A stretch of DNA of 63,691 nucleotides, counting the filler, from Reclinomonas americana ATCC 50394 (Eukaryota), in assembly GCA_048213135.1 (NCBI GenBank). It is 15 parts of 15 records of this genome, joined end to end, with 100 filler letters (N's around TTAATTAATTAA, not from the genome) between each part and the next. Parts side by side here need not be neighbours in the genome. Positions count along the whole stretch, not along the records: positions 12,331 to 13,944 come from AFZH01020230.1; positions 14,045 to 16,813 come from AFZH01020231.1; positions 16,914 to 23,686 come from AFZH01020232.1; positions 23,787 to 25,150 come from AFZH01020234.1; 11 more parts are not named here. One strand, written 5' to 3'. Positions within the stretch are counted from its first letter, which is position 1. Every line of letters begins with the position of its first letter. Below are positions 12,788 through 24,570 of this stretch, piece by piece. The notes beneath the pieces are model-generated. The model saw only the letters and a list, made by a program, of their open reading frames with translations, did not search any database and was not told the DNA's origin. The translations under genes and the position numbers were made by a program.

Positions 12788-13944
12788 CTACAATCCTTCT
12801 GCAATACGCGTCACTCTCCACGATCTCATCGACAAGCCCACCAACATTGCCACGAAAGGCACAACTTCGTAATCGGGATACAGCCGTCGAAGGTTTGCCG
12901 CGTATTGCAGCACCTGCTGATCGGCGCTAGCTACTGTGGCCGCAAGTGTCGATTCGACCATGCCCCTCGCTTTCTTGTCAAAGTACCTGTACGACAGCGA
13001 GGGCATATTTTTCCTCTCCTCTTCGGTCGCGAACTGCTCCTTCGTCTGCACACATGCGAGTAAGCGAGCAGCCAACTTACACCACAAGCAACAGGGAACG
13101 CGTACCGGAAGCAAGGCCTCGAGAGCGGACTGAACCTCATCAATACTGCATGCCTTGGCCTCCATGCCTCTTGTCTGGCTCATCGGAGCACCACGGATAT
13201 TGAGGCGGATCCCGTTCAGTGGAATGCACTTGAACTCGAACACCAGAATGCGCTTCGGACACTTTGTGAAAAGCACCATGTCGCAGAATGCGGACAGCGG
13301 CTGGCTCTACCTCAAAGAGTGAGTGTAAGAAAAAATCTTGTTGTGGGAAGCATTGTCACGAACCTCTACGCTGCTGGCATTCAGCTCACGGCTAATTTTG
13401 ACCGGCACTTTGGCGCCTTTGAACAGCGCGTCGAAGGCGTCCCTGACGTTGGCCTCGCGCAAGTCCTCCGGGTTCCGCCACGCACACTTGCGCAAAATAC
13501 CTTCACACGCATCGCTCAAGGGAACAATGTCGAGATCACTGCGGTGCGTTGAGCAACTAGGAGAGAGAAACACGACGTGGAGCGCAAATGAAACAAACCT
13601 GAGGAGCGAATCGCAAGCAGTCGGGTTGACACGCTGCAGAAGGCGTTGGAGAATGCGGTCGCACGTGCTCTCATTCGGCACCATCAGCGCTATGCGAGTG
13701 GAGTCAGCGCCAAGGACGTGAATAGAAGAAGACGAAAACGACAAACGCAACAATTTCCATCCGGCGCGATGGTAAAACCGCCGAGGTACTGGCAGAACTG
13801 TGCAAACGAGTCTGCATTGGCACTGACAATGTCGTCTCCGCGAAAAGCTCGCTTGCCACGCGGCAAAGATATCTTGGAGCCACGTAGCATGCCAAGTAAC
13901 GACGAAAGGTGAGGCGACTCGACCATCATCTGCAGTGCCGTGTT
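12788..13944 (-). CDS. AAA-ATPase-like / PD-(D/E)xK nuclease (PDDEXK_9-type) protein, C-terminal part, 5' truncated by gap
   Basis: Spliced: FCQYLGGFTIAPDGN|SLMVPNES (resembles the family YxGYLTI...L.IPN.E motif), LREANVRDAF...SVE|SQPLSAFCDMVLF...RILVFEFK (D...ExK), ADQQVLQYAANL. At least three GT-AG introns. Confidence 0.7.
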
Positions 13945-14416
13945 NNNNNNNNNNNNNNNNNNNNNNNNNNNNNNNNNNNNNNNNNNNNTTAATTAATTAA
14001 NNNNNNNNNNNNNNNNNNNNNNNNNNNNNNNNNNNNNNNNNNNNTCCACCGCCGCCACCACCGCTGCCGGCAAGCGGTCTCCGCCGCGTGCGCGCACACC
14101 ACCTCGGTCGCCGCCGCTGGAGTTTGACGAGCACGGAATTTTGCTGTCGCCACCGACAGACACCACCGAGTACAGACGTCCGCAAGATGCAAGCGCGGGG
14201 GCATCATCTGCGCACGGCGACCATGCGGTCTCACCGCCACAACCAACGTGCGTGCTGTCGCTGCCCTCTGTGTCTGTGCTGAACCTCATTTTCATTTTTG
14301 GTTGTGGTTGTGCAGTAATGCGACGACGCTTTCCGTCCCCGTGGTACGGCGGCAGAGCATCTCAGAACCGGCATCACCGCGGAGACATCAGCATGTCGGT
14401 GCCAACGGAGTGACAG

Positions 14417-16813
14417 TTGATCATCGTGGCGGTGTCCTGTTGCATGTGGGCGGGAGTACCGCTGCGGAGGATTACCAGACTGGAACGTCGGCTGTCGACG
14501 CGGAGCGTGGAGGGCACTCGAGCGCAGCGGGCGACCTGGCTGGCGGTTTTAATGATGCGGCGAATGGTGGCGCTGCGGAGGCGCAGTCGGCACCGCCACC
14601 GACTTCGGAACCCTCTCCAGCGCCATCACCAGCGTCTGGGTTGACGAGCACTGCGAGCATTTTGGAGGGACTCGGGCTCGGCAGTCTGTGTGCGAAACTG
14701 GAGCAGCAGGTGATTTGCGATGGCAGCGGAGAAGCTTCGCCTTCTGCATCGCTGACATACATCATTGCTGTGCAGATTGCCAGTTCACGCACCCTCGGCA
14801 GGGCCATCAAGGCCGAACGCTCGAGGGAGACGCGATCGCGAATTCAGGCGCGGTCCCCCGCGATGTCGCGTGGCCGACTGCATGGGGAAGATTCACCGTC
14901 GCGCTCGCGCGCTTATTCTCCCGGTCGCACGGCATCGCGGTGAGGAGTGGCAGAGGCCTACACCACCAACCCACTTCTGTAGTATTCTTTCCGCCCTCTC
15001 TTCCTCTCGGTATCGATGACCAAAATAAGTGTGATTGAAAGGAGAAGCAAGAGAAGGCGTAGAAGGGAGAAGAAGAAGAGGAGAAGGGGCGAGTAGGAAG
15101 AGACTGCGCATTTATTTCTCGCGCTCATACGCCTGTTTTTTTTTCTCTCCCCCCCCCCCCTTTCGCACACGGCAGTGGTTATTCCGGCGACTCGAGTGTC
15201 GCGCTTGGCATATCTCGTGATCATCGGTCTTCCAGCCCACTGGGATCCACGTCGTTCTCCATGTCCCCCGGTGCGGCTCGGCCGTCGCCGAACCGTTCCA
15301 CACTGTCGTCCTTCTCCGTGCAGTCTACGCAGGCGGCCGCGCGATTACACCAGCAGCTGCCACCGCCTCCTCCTCCGATGGCTCCACAACAACAACAGCA
15401 GCAGCAGCAGCAGCAGCAGTTGCCTGCACCAGTTGAACGGCCACCACGGCGCAGTGCAGAGACGTCACTGTATCCCGCACTGCAAATCGGCGACCTCGCG
15501 CAACGGAAACACTATGCTCCGTCCGAGCAAGTGCAGACGCGCATTATTCCCGACAATGTGCACGACTTTCAGCTGGCCGAACGCCGACATTTTGATGCCA
15601 TTTTGTCGTCGGCAGATGTTGCGTCTTGCGCCGGTGGAGACACTTTGCGTGTTGCTTACGTGCTTTTTTTCCCTGCAGCTGCCTCTTGCGCACACTGTGA
15701 GGTCAGACAAGAGCACCACTGCGACGCAGCAGCCGCAGGATCCTGACTTTAGAGTTCCCACGTCGTTTCGTCCCCTCCGCGTCTGCTGCCTGTTTCATTG
15801 CCTCTCTTTTGACACACACTTTGCGATGCAGACCCGGCTACCAGTCACGTAATCGTAAACGACTGGACCAGACCTTGTTTTCTCCGTGGAACAAGGAAGT
15901 TGCGTGCACAGGCAAAGCATTGGCTGATAGCTCCTCTCTCTTTCATTCTCTGTGCGCTAACTCGCTGCGTTTGCGTAGACTCGTCGACATGCAGATCCGC
16001 AGCTCGACATGCGAAGATCGCTCAAGAAACTCTTGCACGAAGTGCACCACCAACAGCACCAGCAGAGCGACGTGGAGGTTTGCGCAGCGTCGCTTTCTCG
16101 ATCTCCACTCACTTTGCTCACATCGCCGACTCCTTTGCGCAGCATGTAAACTCTGCGCAAGTCGCGCGTGCAGCCTTGCAGCCGTCGCATGGATTCACTG
16201 CTGACGAAGTGGCCAATTTTGTGACGGGAATGGAGCGCGAGAGGGGGCACGAGGCGGCTATGGACTGGGATTCGCTCGGCAGAAATCCGCCACGCTCTCG
16301 CCACGTGCCTCCCGATCATCGCACGATGCTAGCGTGGCCTGAGCAGGTCGCCGACGGCGATGCCAGCATGGCGCGCCCAGTGAATGCGCGGACACTGCGG
16401 CCGGCTCCAACCGACCACCGTGATATGCTGGAGTGGCGACCGCAATCTGCACCCCGCACGCGCCCATCGCCACACATTTTGCGACCGGAGGAGAAGCCGG
16501 TGCGGCGTCGGACGAGTTTCACGCTCTCTGACAGCGACGATGACGACGACGACGACGGCGCGGCAGGTGTCGGCGACGAGCGTGTGGTGACTGTGGTTTG
16601 TATTGTTCTGTCTATCTCTCTGTGTGTGGTGAGAAAGAATGCTTAGCTGCCCCCCGCCATGCGCAGCCGACCGGGAAACGCATTGACGTGGAGCTCTCTG
16701 AGCATCAGCGATGGGAACGCGCCGAGGCCAAGAAGCGGCGGTCGTCGCGTGTTGTGCGCCTGCGACAGCGACCACCGCGATCCGTCTCCGTCGCCGAAGA
16801 GTGAGTGCAACTC
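14417..16813 (+). CDS. Multi-exon low-complexity hypothetical protein (boundaries uncertain, 3' end runs into gap)
   Basis: Series of GC-rich exons flanked by GT-AG; polyQ/P tracts; repeated DHRxMLxW motif. No recognisable domain. Confidence 0.4.
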
Positions 16814-17391
16814 NNNNNNNNNNNNNNNNNNNNNNNNNNNNNNNNNNNNNNNNNNNNTTAATTAATTAANNNNNNNNNNNNNNNNNNNNNNNNNNNNNNN
16901 NNNNNNNNNNNNNTCCGGGCTTTTCGTGTGCGCTCTGCCGGCAGGCTCACGTGATGTGTTTGTGCCAACAGAGGAGGGCGCAGTCGACCATGGAAGATGA
17001 AGCCGTTGTTCCCGACCGCCGCGGAGCACGAGTACGTCCGCATTCGTGCTGGTGGAGCTGCGGCTCGTGCCTCACTGTTGCGTATATGTGTGTGTATGTG
17101 GGCCTGCGTGATACGTACCCGTCGACTCACGTATCCACAGAACGCACGGTGACATTATCGGCTGGTCCACGGCACAGAACAGGCTGGTGCGTCCGTGTTG
17201 TCGCTCATCAACATCATCGCCCTTTCGAAATTAATGCTCACTCTCCTCTGCAGCCGGGCGAGGCTCCGGCGCGGATGCAGCTGTCGGCCAACGGCCGAGT
17301 CGATCCGCACCTGTTCTTCTCTAAAGAATGATGATACATACGTACACATAAAAGAACGACACAAAGAGAGATGTCCTACGCCCACGCGCAA

Positions 17392-18529
17392 ATGTTCTCT
17401 CGTCGTTGGCTCGCGCGTCTTCCACCCATCGTCGCCTTCTCACTCGCCTCACCAGTGACCACTGCAGCAGCAAGCACCACGTTGTCGAGCACACGAATGG
17501 ACATTATTCCGGTGCCGATTCTCTCCGACAACTACGCCTACCTCATTGTCGATCGCCGCACACAGCAATGCGCAGTGGTGGACCCCGCCGAGCCCGACAA
17601 GATCGAGGCCGCACTGCATCATCACAAAGTGCACCTCACTCATATTCTCACCACGCACAAGGTTTGTGAGAGAAAGGGAGAGAGAGGGACAAGCAGCAGA
17701 TTGTCGCTCTACTGATGATGGATCGTCAGCATTGGGATCACGCTGGTGGCAATGAGGAGATGCTTCGTCGCTTTCCTGCGGTGACAGTCGTGGGAGGCGC
17801 GCACGATGCCATTCCTGGTGTGACGCAGGCCGTGGAAGACGGGGATGTGTTCCCGATTACCGACGCCATCAGCGTTCGAGTGCTCTTCTCGCCGTGTCAT
17901 GTTGCGTTCGTCGTGCGTGCCAGTGCAACTCGCTTCCTCGTTTGACAGTCATCGCTGCATGGCAGACGCGCGGCCATGTGTTGTACTATGTGACGGCCGC
18001 GGGCGACGAGATCGGCAGTCTGTTCACGGGCGACACGTTCTTTGTGTGCGGCTGCGGCAAGTTCTTTGAGGGCGATGGCGCGCAGATGCAGGAGGCCGTC
18101 GACAAGATCCGCCAGCTGCCGGCCACGGTTCGGGTTTTCTGCTCTTGTGCCGAGGGTGGCAGCTGTGGACTTATCTCTCAATCGCAGACTCTGATGTGGT
18201 GCGGCCACGAGTACACGGCCGGCAACATTCGCTTTGCGGAATCGGTGGACCCCGACAATGACGCGTTGCATTCGAAGGCCGAGTGGGTCCGCCAGCGACG
18301 CGAGCACAGCGATCCGCCACTGGTGTGCATTCTCCTCCCTCCTGTGTGTGCGTCTATTTACTTACCTGCCCGCATGAGACAGCCGACAATTCCATCGTCG
18401 CTGGCCGACGAGTACCTCTACAATCCCTTCATGCGTGCACACACTGCGGAGATGCGTCAAGCCACTGGCAAGGAGACGCCGGCCGAGGTGATGAGCGAAC
18501 TGCGGGCGATGAAGGACCGCTTCAAGTAG
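17392..18529 (+). CDS. HAGH: Hydroxyacylglutathione hydrolase (glyoxalase II), 4 introns, N-terminal presequence-like extension
   Basis: DNYAYLI, THK|HWDHAGGN, PCH|TRGHV, LFTGDTFFVCGCGKFFEG, CGHEYT, PTIPSSLADEYLYNPFMR motifs. All four introns are GT-AG and restore frame. Confidence 0.95.
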
Positions 18530-18739
18530 TGAGCAGCAGCACAACGACACAATTACATTTCTCGATTCTTTTTCTGTTCTCTCCTCTCATTGCACCGCCC
18601 ATTTTTTCGCCCTCTTTCAACTCCTGGCACACGCACGCGTGCACTGATTATACAAGCACGGAGAAGACTGGGTATGCACTTTTCCACACACACACGCACG
18701 CACAAAAAAACAGAACAGCCTCCCACACAAACGAGTTGC

Positions 18740-20018
18740 TCACGCCGAGGTACCAAAGCCAAAGGCCGGCGCGTCACGACCCACTTGCTTGGCAGTGTCG
18801 TACGCACCCGGTCCAGGCCTCGTCTCATTGTCCTTGGACTCGATGCGCACGCCAAACGAGTATGCCGGCGCAGCCTTCTTCACATTCGCCTTCAGCACCT
18901 CATACGCACCCGGACCCACGGGGTTCTCGCGGCCTGTCACCGTCGTCGCGTAAGCACTTACACACACTCATGGCGCACCAAGTGGACGACGCAACTCTTT
19001 TGCGGTGACCGTGTGCCCATTGAGTACTGCGGCGCACTGCGGGAAATCCTCTTGGTGTTGTCGTAGGCGGCCGGACCAGGCGAGCGATCCTTCTCAGGGA
19101 AGGTACGTCGGCTGGTGATTGTGTGTGCCGGAGCCTTGCCAACAGCTGTGCCTGCATGTGTTCGTGCAGGGGGAGAAGAGGAAGAGACACACACAGACGG
19201 CATTGAGCACAACCGGGGGGCGTCGAGGCGAGCATGCACGAGGGGGGAAGCGGAGCAAGCAAATGTAATAGATCACCAGACGCACCGAGCTCGTAGGCAC
19301 CGGGGCCAGGTACGACGCTCGCCTTATCCGCCATGTGACGGCCAGAGAGGCTGTACGCCGGTCCACGACGAGGCGGCGACGGGTTGTATGCTCCCGGTCC
19401 CTGTCCAACCGTGTCTGCATACGCACACAGCGATGAGGAGAGAGGCAGAGGCAGAGGTTGGCATCACGTGCGTACTCACCAAACTTCTCCACCGGTCGAC
19501 CCTGCCAAAGCGTAATCACAAGCAGAGAAACAGGAGTCAGTGCATGATGGCACGCGTGTCACAACGGAAATCAACATGGGGGGCGAGTGCCACAACCGCA
19601 AAACAGACACACACACACACAAGCAAGAAAAGGAGTTTGATGGCGTGAGGAGGGCAAGGCAGCAAGAGAGCACAAAGAGGAATGCGGAGAGTGTGTGCGT
19701 GTGAGAGAGAGTGAGGGGGAGAGAAAGAGAGAATGGCCGTTTTCCGCACCGACATGGAGTACTTTGGAGTTTCGCCGACATAGGTTCTCTCGCGGTACTG
19801 GCCCGGTCCGGGAGTGGCCAGTTGCTCATTGCTCACAAGCGGGCGACCGGCCAGTGTGTGGTCACGCACCTGCACACACATAAAGAAAGAAAGAACAGAA
19901 CACACAATACAGAGAGATGCTTTGTCAACAAACGCGCAAAGAATGAGAGAATGTGTGGGAGTGAGAGTGAGTGCGTAACTGGCTGCTTTGGTCCCTTGAA
20001 CGACGACTTGGATGTTTG
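18740..20018 (-). CDS. ODF3/CIMAP1-like sperm-tail PG-rich (STPG) repeat axonemal protein (5' end uncertain)
   Basis: Multiple PGPGxY repeats: TPGPGQY, PGPGAYN, VPGPGAYE, SPGPAAYD, VGPGAYE, RPGPGAYD, each followed by an AP.YS(M/F)-like motif. Confidence 0.85.
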
Positions 20019-20253
20019 CTGAGCAAGAGAGAGAATGATTGCGTCAGATGCATGCACAAAAATAATCCCGCGCACTCACTCGCACACACTCTCTCACACT
20101 CTCAACACACATGCGCGCGCGAGAGTGCTCACCGACATGACTGCAACACAATGAAAAGCGACTTGGTGAACGCGTGCAAGTGTGCGACAAAAAAAGATCT
20201 CGACGATGACGTCATGTCGACAACAACTGCTTGCGCGGGTCGACTGATTGGGC

Positions 20254-21494
20254 ATGTCGAACATGGGTGAACTGTTGGTGGGCGCGCTCGCTGGCAGTGA
20301 GATCGCGCGAGAGTGGAATGCCATGGCGACACTGTGCGCAGAAGCGCGAGCAGTGTTGGGCGACGACGACGACGAAGAGCGGGAAAAGTTGAGTATGCAA
20401 GATGCTGTCGAGGAGACACCGGATGAGCGCGTTGAGCGGGCCATTTGTGAGCAACTGGTACGCATATTGTGCGTAAAACAAAAAAGACTGATTGAAAAAG
20501 CTCTCATGTGCCTGTGCAGGTGGAATCGCGAAAGCGTCCATTTCCGGTCGATGTCGACGAGGACGAGAGTGCGTTTCGGAAGCGGCGGTGTCGCGGCTAC
20601 CTACACAACCCGCAGTTAGTGGCGGAGACGGTGGATTTGCAGGCAATTCCACCAGTGAAGCCGGAGATGATGTGGTCGACGGAGTTGGAGACGTGCAGGA
20701 CGGGGAGGAGTGCGTTGCCGACGCGCGTGCGGCAAAAGGACTTGAATTTTCTGCGGAGAGAGAGTGGGGCGGCGGCGCAAATGGCCGAGGTGCCGGTGCG
20801 CGAGGGCGAAGTGGTGATGACGGTGGCGTTGTATCAGCCGCGAAGGGGCGTCAAGTGGCAGGAGTTTGAGGTGTTGGGCTCGCAGACGCTGCAGTCGCTG
20901 CGCGAGAGGATCTACTGTTTGCATGATGTGACGGCGGCGGAGGTGTGCCCGGAGAATCCGTCGGGCACGGGATTTTTCTTTATCGAGAATACGATTTATG
21001 CGAGCGGCGAGGAGGAGAATGCGTCGGCGACGCTGGCGGAGTGGTTGGCGCGACCGGGTCGGTGCACGCAGTCGTGGGTGTCGCCGCCTGCGGGGCGCGA
21101 GCCGGCGGTGCCGCCACCGATTGTTTCAATGGAGGCGACGACGTTTTCGGCGCTCACGTTTCGCCTGCACCGACCGTACGTGTATGCGCATCATGGCGGC
21201 GCGTGTGAGCATCGCATGGTGTTTACGCAGTGTCGACTGTACGATCCCGCCTCCACCACGTGTCGCAACGCGGCGCAGTATCCGCATCTCGTGTTCCAAG
21301 CGCGCTTCCGGCGACGCCGCTGTCTCGTGTGCAATTTGTACTATGCCGAGCGCGTGCTGCACGGCGACGCCATGGCCACCGAGGATCCGGCCTTTTTCTG
21401 TCTCAGTTGTTTGCGGCGGATGCACTACGAGAAGGATGGAACGCTGCGGAATGCGGCCGATGCGTTCAAAATGTACACGTATTATCATGAGTGA
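20254..21494 (+). CDS. SNAPC3: snRNA-activating protein complex subunit 3 (SNAP50)
   Basis: QEFEVLGSQTLQSLRERIYC, GFFFIENTIY, YVYAHHGGACEH and C-terminal CxxC...FCxxC..MHY zinc finger. Intron 20458-20519. Confidence 0.92.
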
Positions 21495-21651
21495 TTTAGG
21501 GGGAAGGGTGGAAGGGGAAGGGGTAGGGAGAAACAATCGATCTCATGTGTGGGATGTGTGTCGAGGAAGAGAATTCTCTTTCCTTTCCTGTTTTTCTTCT
21601 CTTCTCCTCTCTTCCTTTCTCTTCTCCTCTTCTTTCCCATTGTCTTCTGTT

Positions 21652-22169
21652 GTGGTTGAACTGTTGCTTGTTTGTTGGTACATGAAATGCTGCTGCTATC
21701 TCTTCGCTTGTCTTCTCCTATCTCGAGTCTTATCTGTTTTTCTGTGTTTCTTTGCTCTCCCCTCCTCTCCTATCATCGCTTCTCCTCTTCTCTTTCCAAC
21801 TGTCTTCTGTCCTCCCCTCCTGGTTAAACTTGGTGATCGAGACAGCTGTATGTTGGTGAATGTGCTGTTGTCATCTCTCCTCTGCTCACCTCTCTTCTGT
21901 TCTCCTCTTCCTTCTCTTCTCTCATGCCTTCTCTTCTCTCCTCATCTCCTTTCCTTGTCTCTTCTCTTCTCTTTTCTTCCTATTTTCTTGTCCTCGTGAT
22001 CGAGACAGCTGTTGCTTGTTTATTGGTGAATGTTGCTGTTGTCATCTCTCCTCCGCTCACTTCTCTCCTCTCCTCTCCTCATCTCCTTTCCTTGTCTCTT
22101 CTCTTTTCTTCCTATATTCTTGTCCTCGTGATCAAGACAGCTGTTGCTTGTTTGTTGGTGAATGAATTG
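21652..22169. repeat. Locally amplified ~40-55 bp element (…GATCRAGACAGCTGTTGCTTGTTTGTTGGTGAATG…) within a CT-rich tract; another copy at 34597-34650
   Basis: Copies near 21652, 21821, 21997 and 22128. 22131-22169 is identical to 34612-34650. Confidence 0.8.
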
Positions 22170-22848
22170 CTCGTGTCATCTCTCCTCTCTTCTCTTCTCT
22201 CAAGTTTTCTCTTCTCTCCTCATCTCGTCTCTTCATCCCTTCTTCTCCTCTCCTTCTCTTCTCTCCTCATTACTTTTCTCATCTCTTCAGCTCTCTCCTC
22301 TCTTCCCTTTTCTTCTCTCCTTTTTTCTTCAGCTCTCTTCTCCTCTTCTCTCTTCTCTTTTCTTCTCTTCTCTTTCCCTATCTTGTGTTTCCTTTCCTTC
22401 TCCTCTCTTCTCATATCATCTCTTCTCTTTACATATCGCCACTTCACTTCACAACCTTCACTAAAAAACAAACAAAACAACACAGCTCCTAACCTCTTCT
22501 CCCTTCAGCATATCTTTTCCCATCTCTTCCCTTCCTTTCCTCCTTTCTCTTCCTCTCCTCTTCTCATCCCTTCCTTTCCTCCTTTCTCTTCCTCTCCTCT
22601 TCTCATCCCTCTTCTCTTTCCTCTCCTCTTTCCTTCCTTCCTTTCACATCTCTTCCTTTTCCTTCCTTCCCCTCCACTTCTCTTCTCCTCCCTCTTCTCC
22701 GCCCTTCCCTCTCTCTTCAGGCAACTCTGCAAGTCCCATGTAGGAAGGGCATCGGTGCCGCTGTATTCTGTTTAGTGATTGCTTCGCGGACATGCACACG
22801 AATTCAACAAGGAAGAGAGACAGAGGCGCGGATGAGGTGAGCGGAAGC

Positions 22849-23655
22849 TCACGCCGAGCCGCGGCCAGGTGGGTTCTTGGTGGCCTCCTGACGCACTCGC
22901 TCGCGATACTGCTCGGGATGGTCACTGTACACCGCCAAAAACGTGAGCATTCCCCTCCACAAACCACGACTCTCTCTCTCTCCCACACACACACTCACCG
23001 CAGCATCACATACGCCTCGGCTTGCGCCGGCGAGTTCAGACTGCACGCTGACGTCAGCAACACGACAACTCGAAACGCACCACACACACAATGAAACCGC
23101 AACTTGGGGCTGACCAACAGCTCCGCAATGCCCAACAGCACCTGCTTCAGCGTAATCGACGGTCTCCAGTCCTCATCCTCGTTGACAATCGACAGACACA
23201 CAGTTCCGCTCGGATACACATTCTACACAGCAGAAGTCGTCAGAATCAAGAAAGGGCAATCGCACTGCTGCACATCAACGCGGGCGCGCAACTGGGTGGA
23301 ACAGCGGCTGCACATTACACAGAGAATGAGCACTTTATCACGCGCACGTGTATATGTGTGTGTGTAAAGAGAAACGCACCGGTTCAAAGACACACTTCGG
23401 CGGGCGAATGGGATAATCCTGCGCACAAAGCGAGTGAGAAACGCATGGCAAAACGCACACGTACACACACGAGACACTTGCCTCAGTGAAGATCAGCTTG
23501 AGCACGTACTCGCCGCCTTCCCAGTCACTGCACACACACACACACAAGCGCAAATGAGCGCGCGCGCGCACATCAAGGACAACCCCACATTGCACACAAA
23601 ACGTCTTCTCCTTGCCCGGAATGCCAGCGTGCCACAGAAGCAGGTTGAGCGAGCC
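22849..23655 (-). CDS. UBC9: SUMO-conjugating enzyme UBC9, 5' truncated by gap
   Basis: Spliced: [18 protein letters not shown]...[33 protein letters not shown]...[15 protein letters not shown]...[13 protein letters not shown]. Confidence 0.93.
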
Positions 23656-23786
23656 TGAACAACGCAAGCAGTGAGACAGAGAGAGANNNNNNNNNNNNNN
23701 NNNNNNNNNNNNNNNNNNNNNNNNNNNNNNTTAATTAATTAANNNNNNNNNNNNNNNNNNNNNNNNNNNNNNNNNNNNNNNNNNNN

Positions 23787-24570
23787 AAGTTGGACAGTGG
23801 TGCTGCTTCTTCTTTCGCTTTTGCTGCTTGTCTTCTCCTGCTGCGCCTGCTGCTGCTCCTGATATCTCTCCTGCTGCTTCAGCTCCTGCTCCTGCGCCTG
23901 CTGCTGCTTCGGCTCTCTTGTTGTTGCTGCTCCTGCTATTCCTGCTGCTGCTGCTGCTCCCGCTCCTGCTCCTGTTGCTACTGCTGCTGCTGCTCCTGCT
24001 GCTGCTCCTGCTGCTGCTCCTGCTGCTGCTCCTGCTGCTGCTCCTGCTGCTGCTCCTGCTCCTGCTCCTGCTGCTCCTTTTTCTGTTCTCTTATTCCAGT
24101 TCGTGCTGCTGGTGCTCCTGTTATGTCTCTTTCTCCTTCAGCTCCCGCTGCTGCTCCTCTTGCTTTTCTTCTCCTGTTGCTCCTGCTTCTCATGTTCCTC
24201 TGTTGCTGCTGCTGCTCATGATGCTCCCTTTTCTGTTCTCTTATTCCAGTTCCTGCTGCTGGTGCTCCTGTTATGTCTCTTTCTCCTTCAGCTCCCGCTG
24301 CTGCTCCTCTTCTTTTCTTCTCCTGTTGCTCCTGCTTCTCATGTTCCTCTGTTGCTGCTGCTGCGCATGATGCTCCCTTTCTGCTCTCTTATTCCAATTC
24401 CTGCTGCTGGTGCTCCTGTTATCTCTCCTTCTCCTTCAGCTCCCGCTGCTGCTCTTCTTGCTTTTCTTCTCCTGTTGCTCCTGCTTCTCATGCTCCTCTG
24501 TTGCTGCTGCTCCTCTTGCTTGTGCTCTCTTATTGCTCTTCCTGCTACTGCTGCTCCGCTTGCTGTTTGT
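23787..24570. repeat. CTG/CTC-rich simple repeat with ~140-bp higher-order duplications
   Basis: (CTGCTGCTGCTC)n plus three copies of a TTATTCCA…GCTGCTGGTGCTCCTGTTAT…TCAGCTCCCGCTGCTGCT block. Confidence 0.8.

Noticed and set aside
14665..14710. SAM domain (ILEGLGLGSLCAKLEQQ)
   Set aside because: It resembles only the first helices, and the rest of the domain is not found in the next exon.
16914..17330. Possible minus-strand gene start upstream of glyoxalase II
   Set aside because: No consistent reading frame or recognisable motif could be assembled.
17392..18529. Alternative genetic code or non-GT/AG intron system
   Set aside because: The conserved genes checked (glyoxalase II, UBC9, SNAPC3) splice cleanly with GT(GC)-AG introns and standard-code stops.
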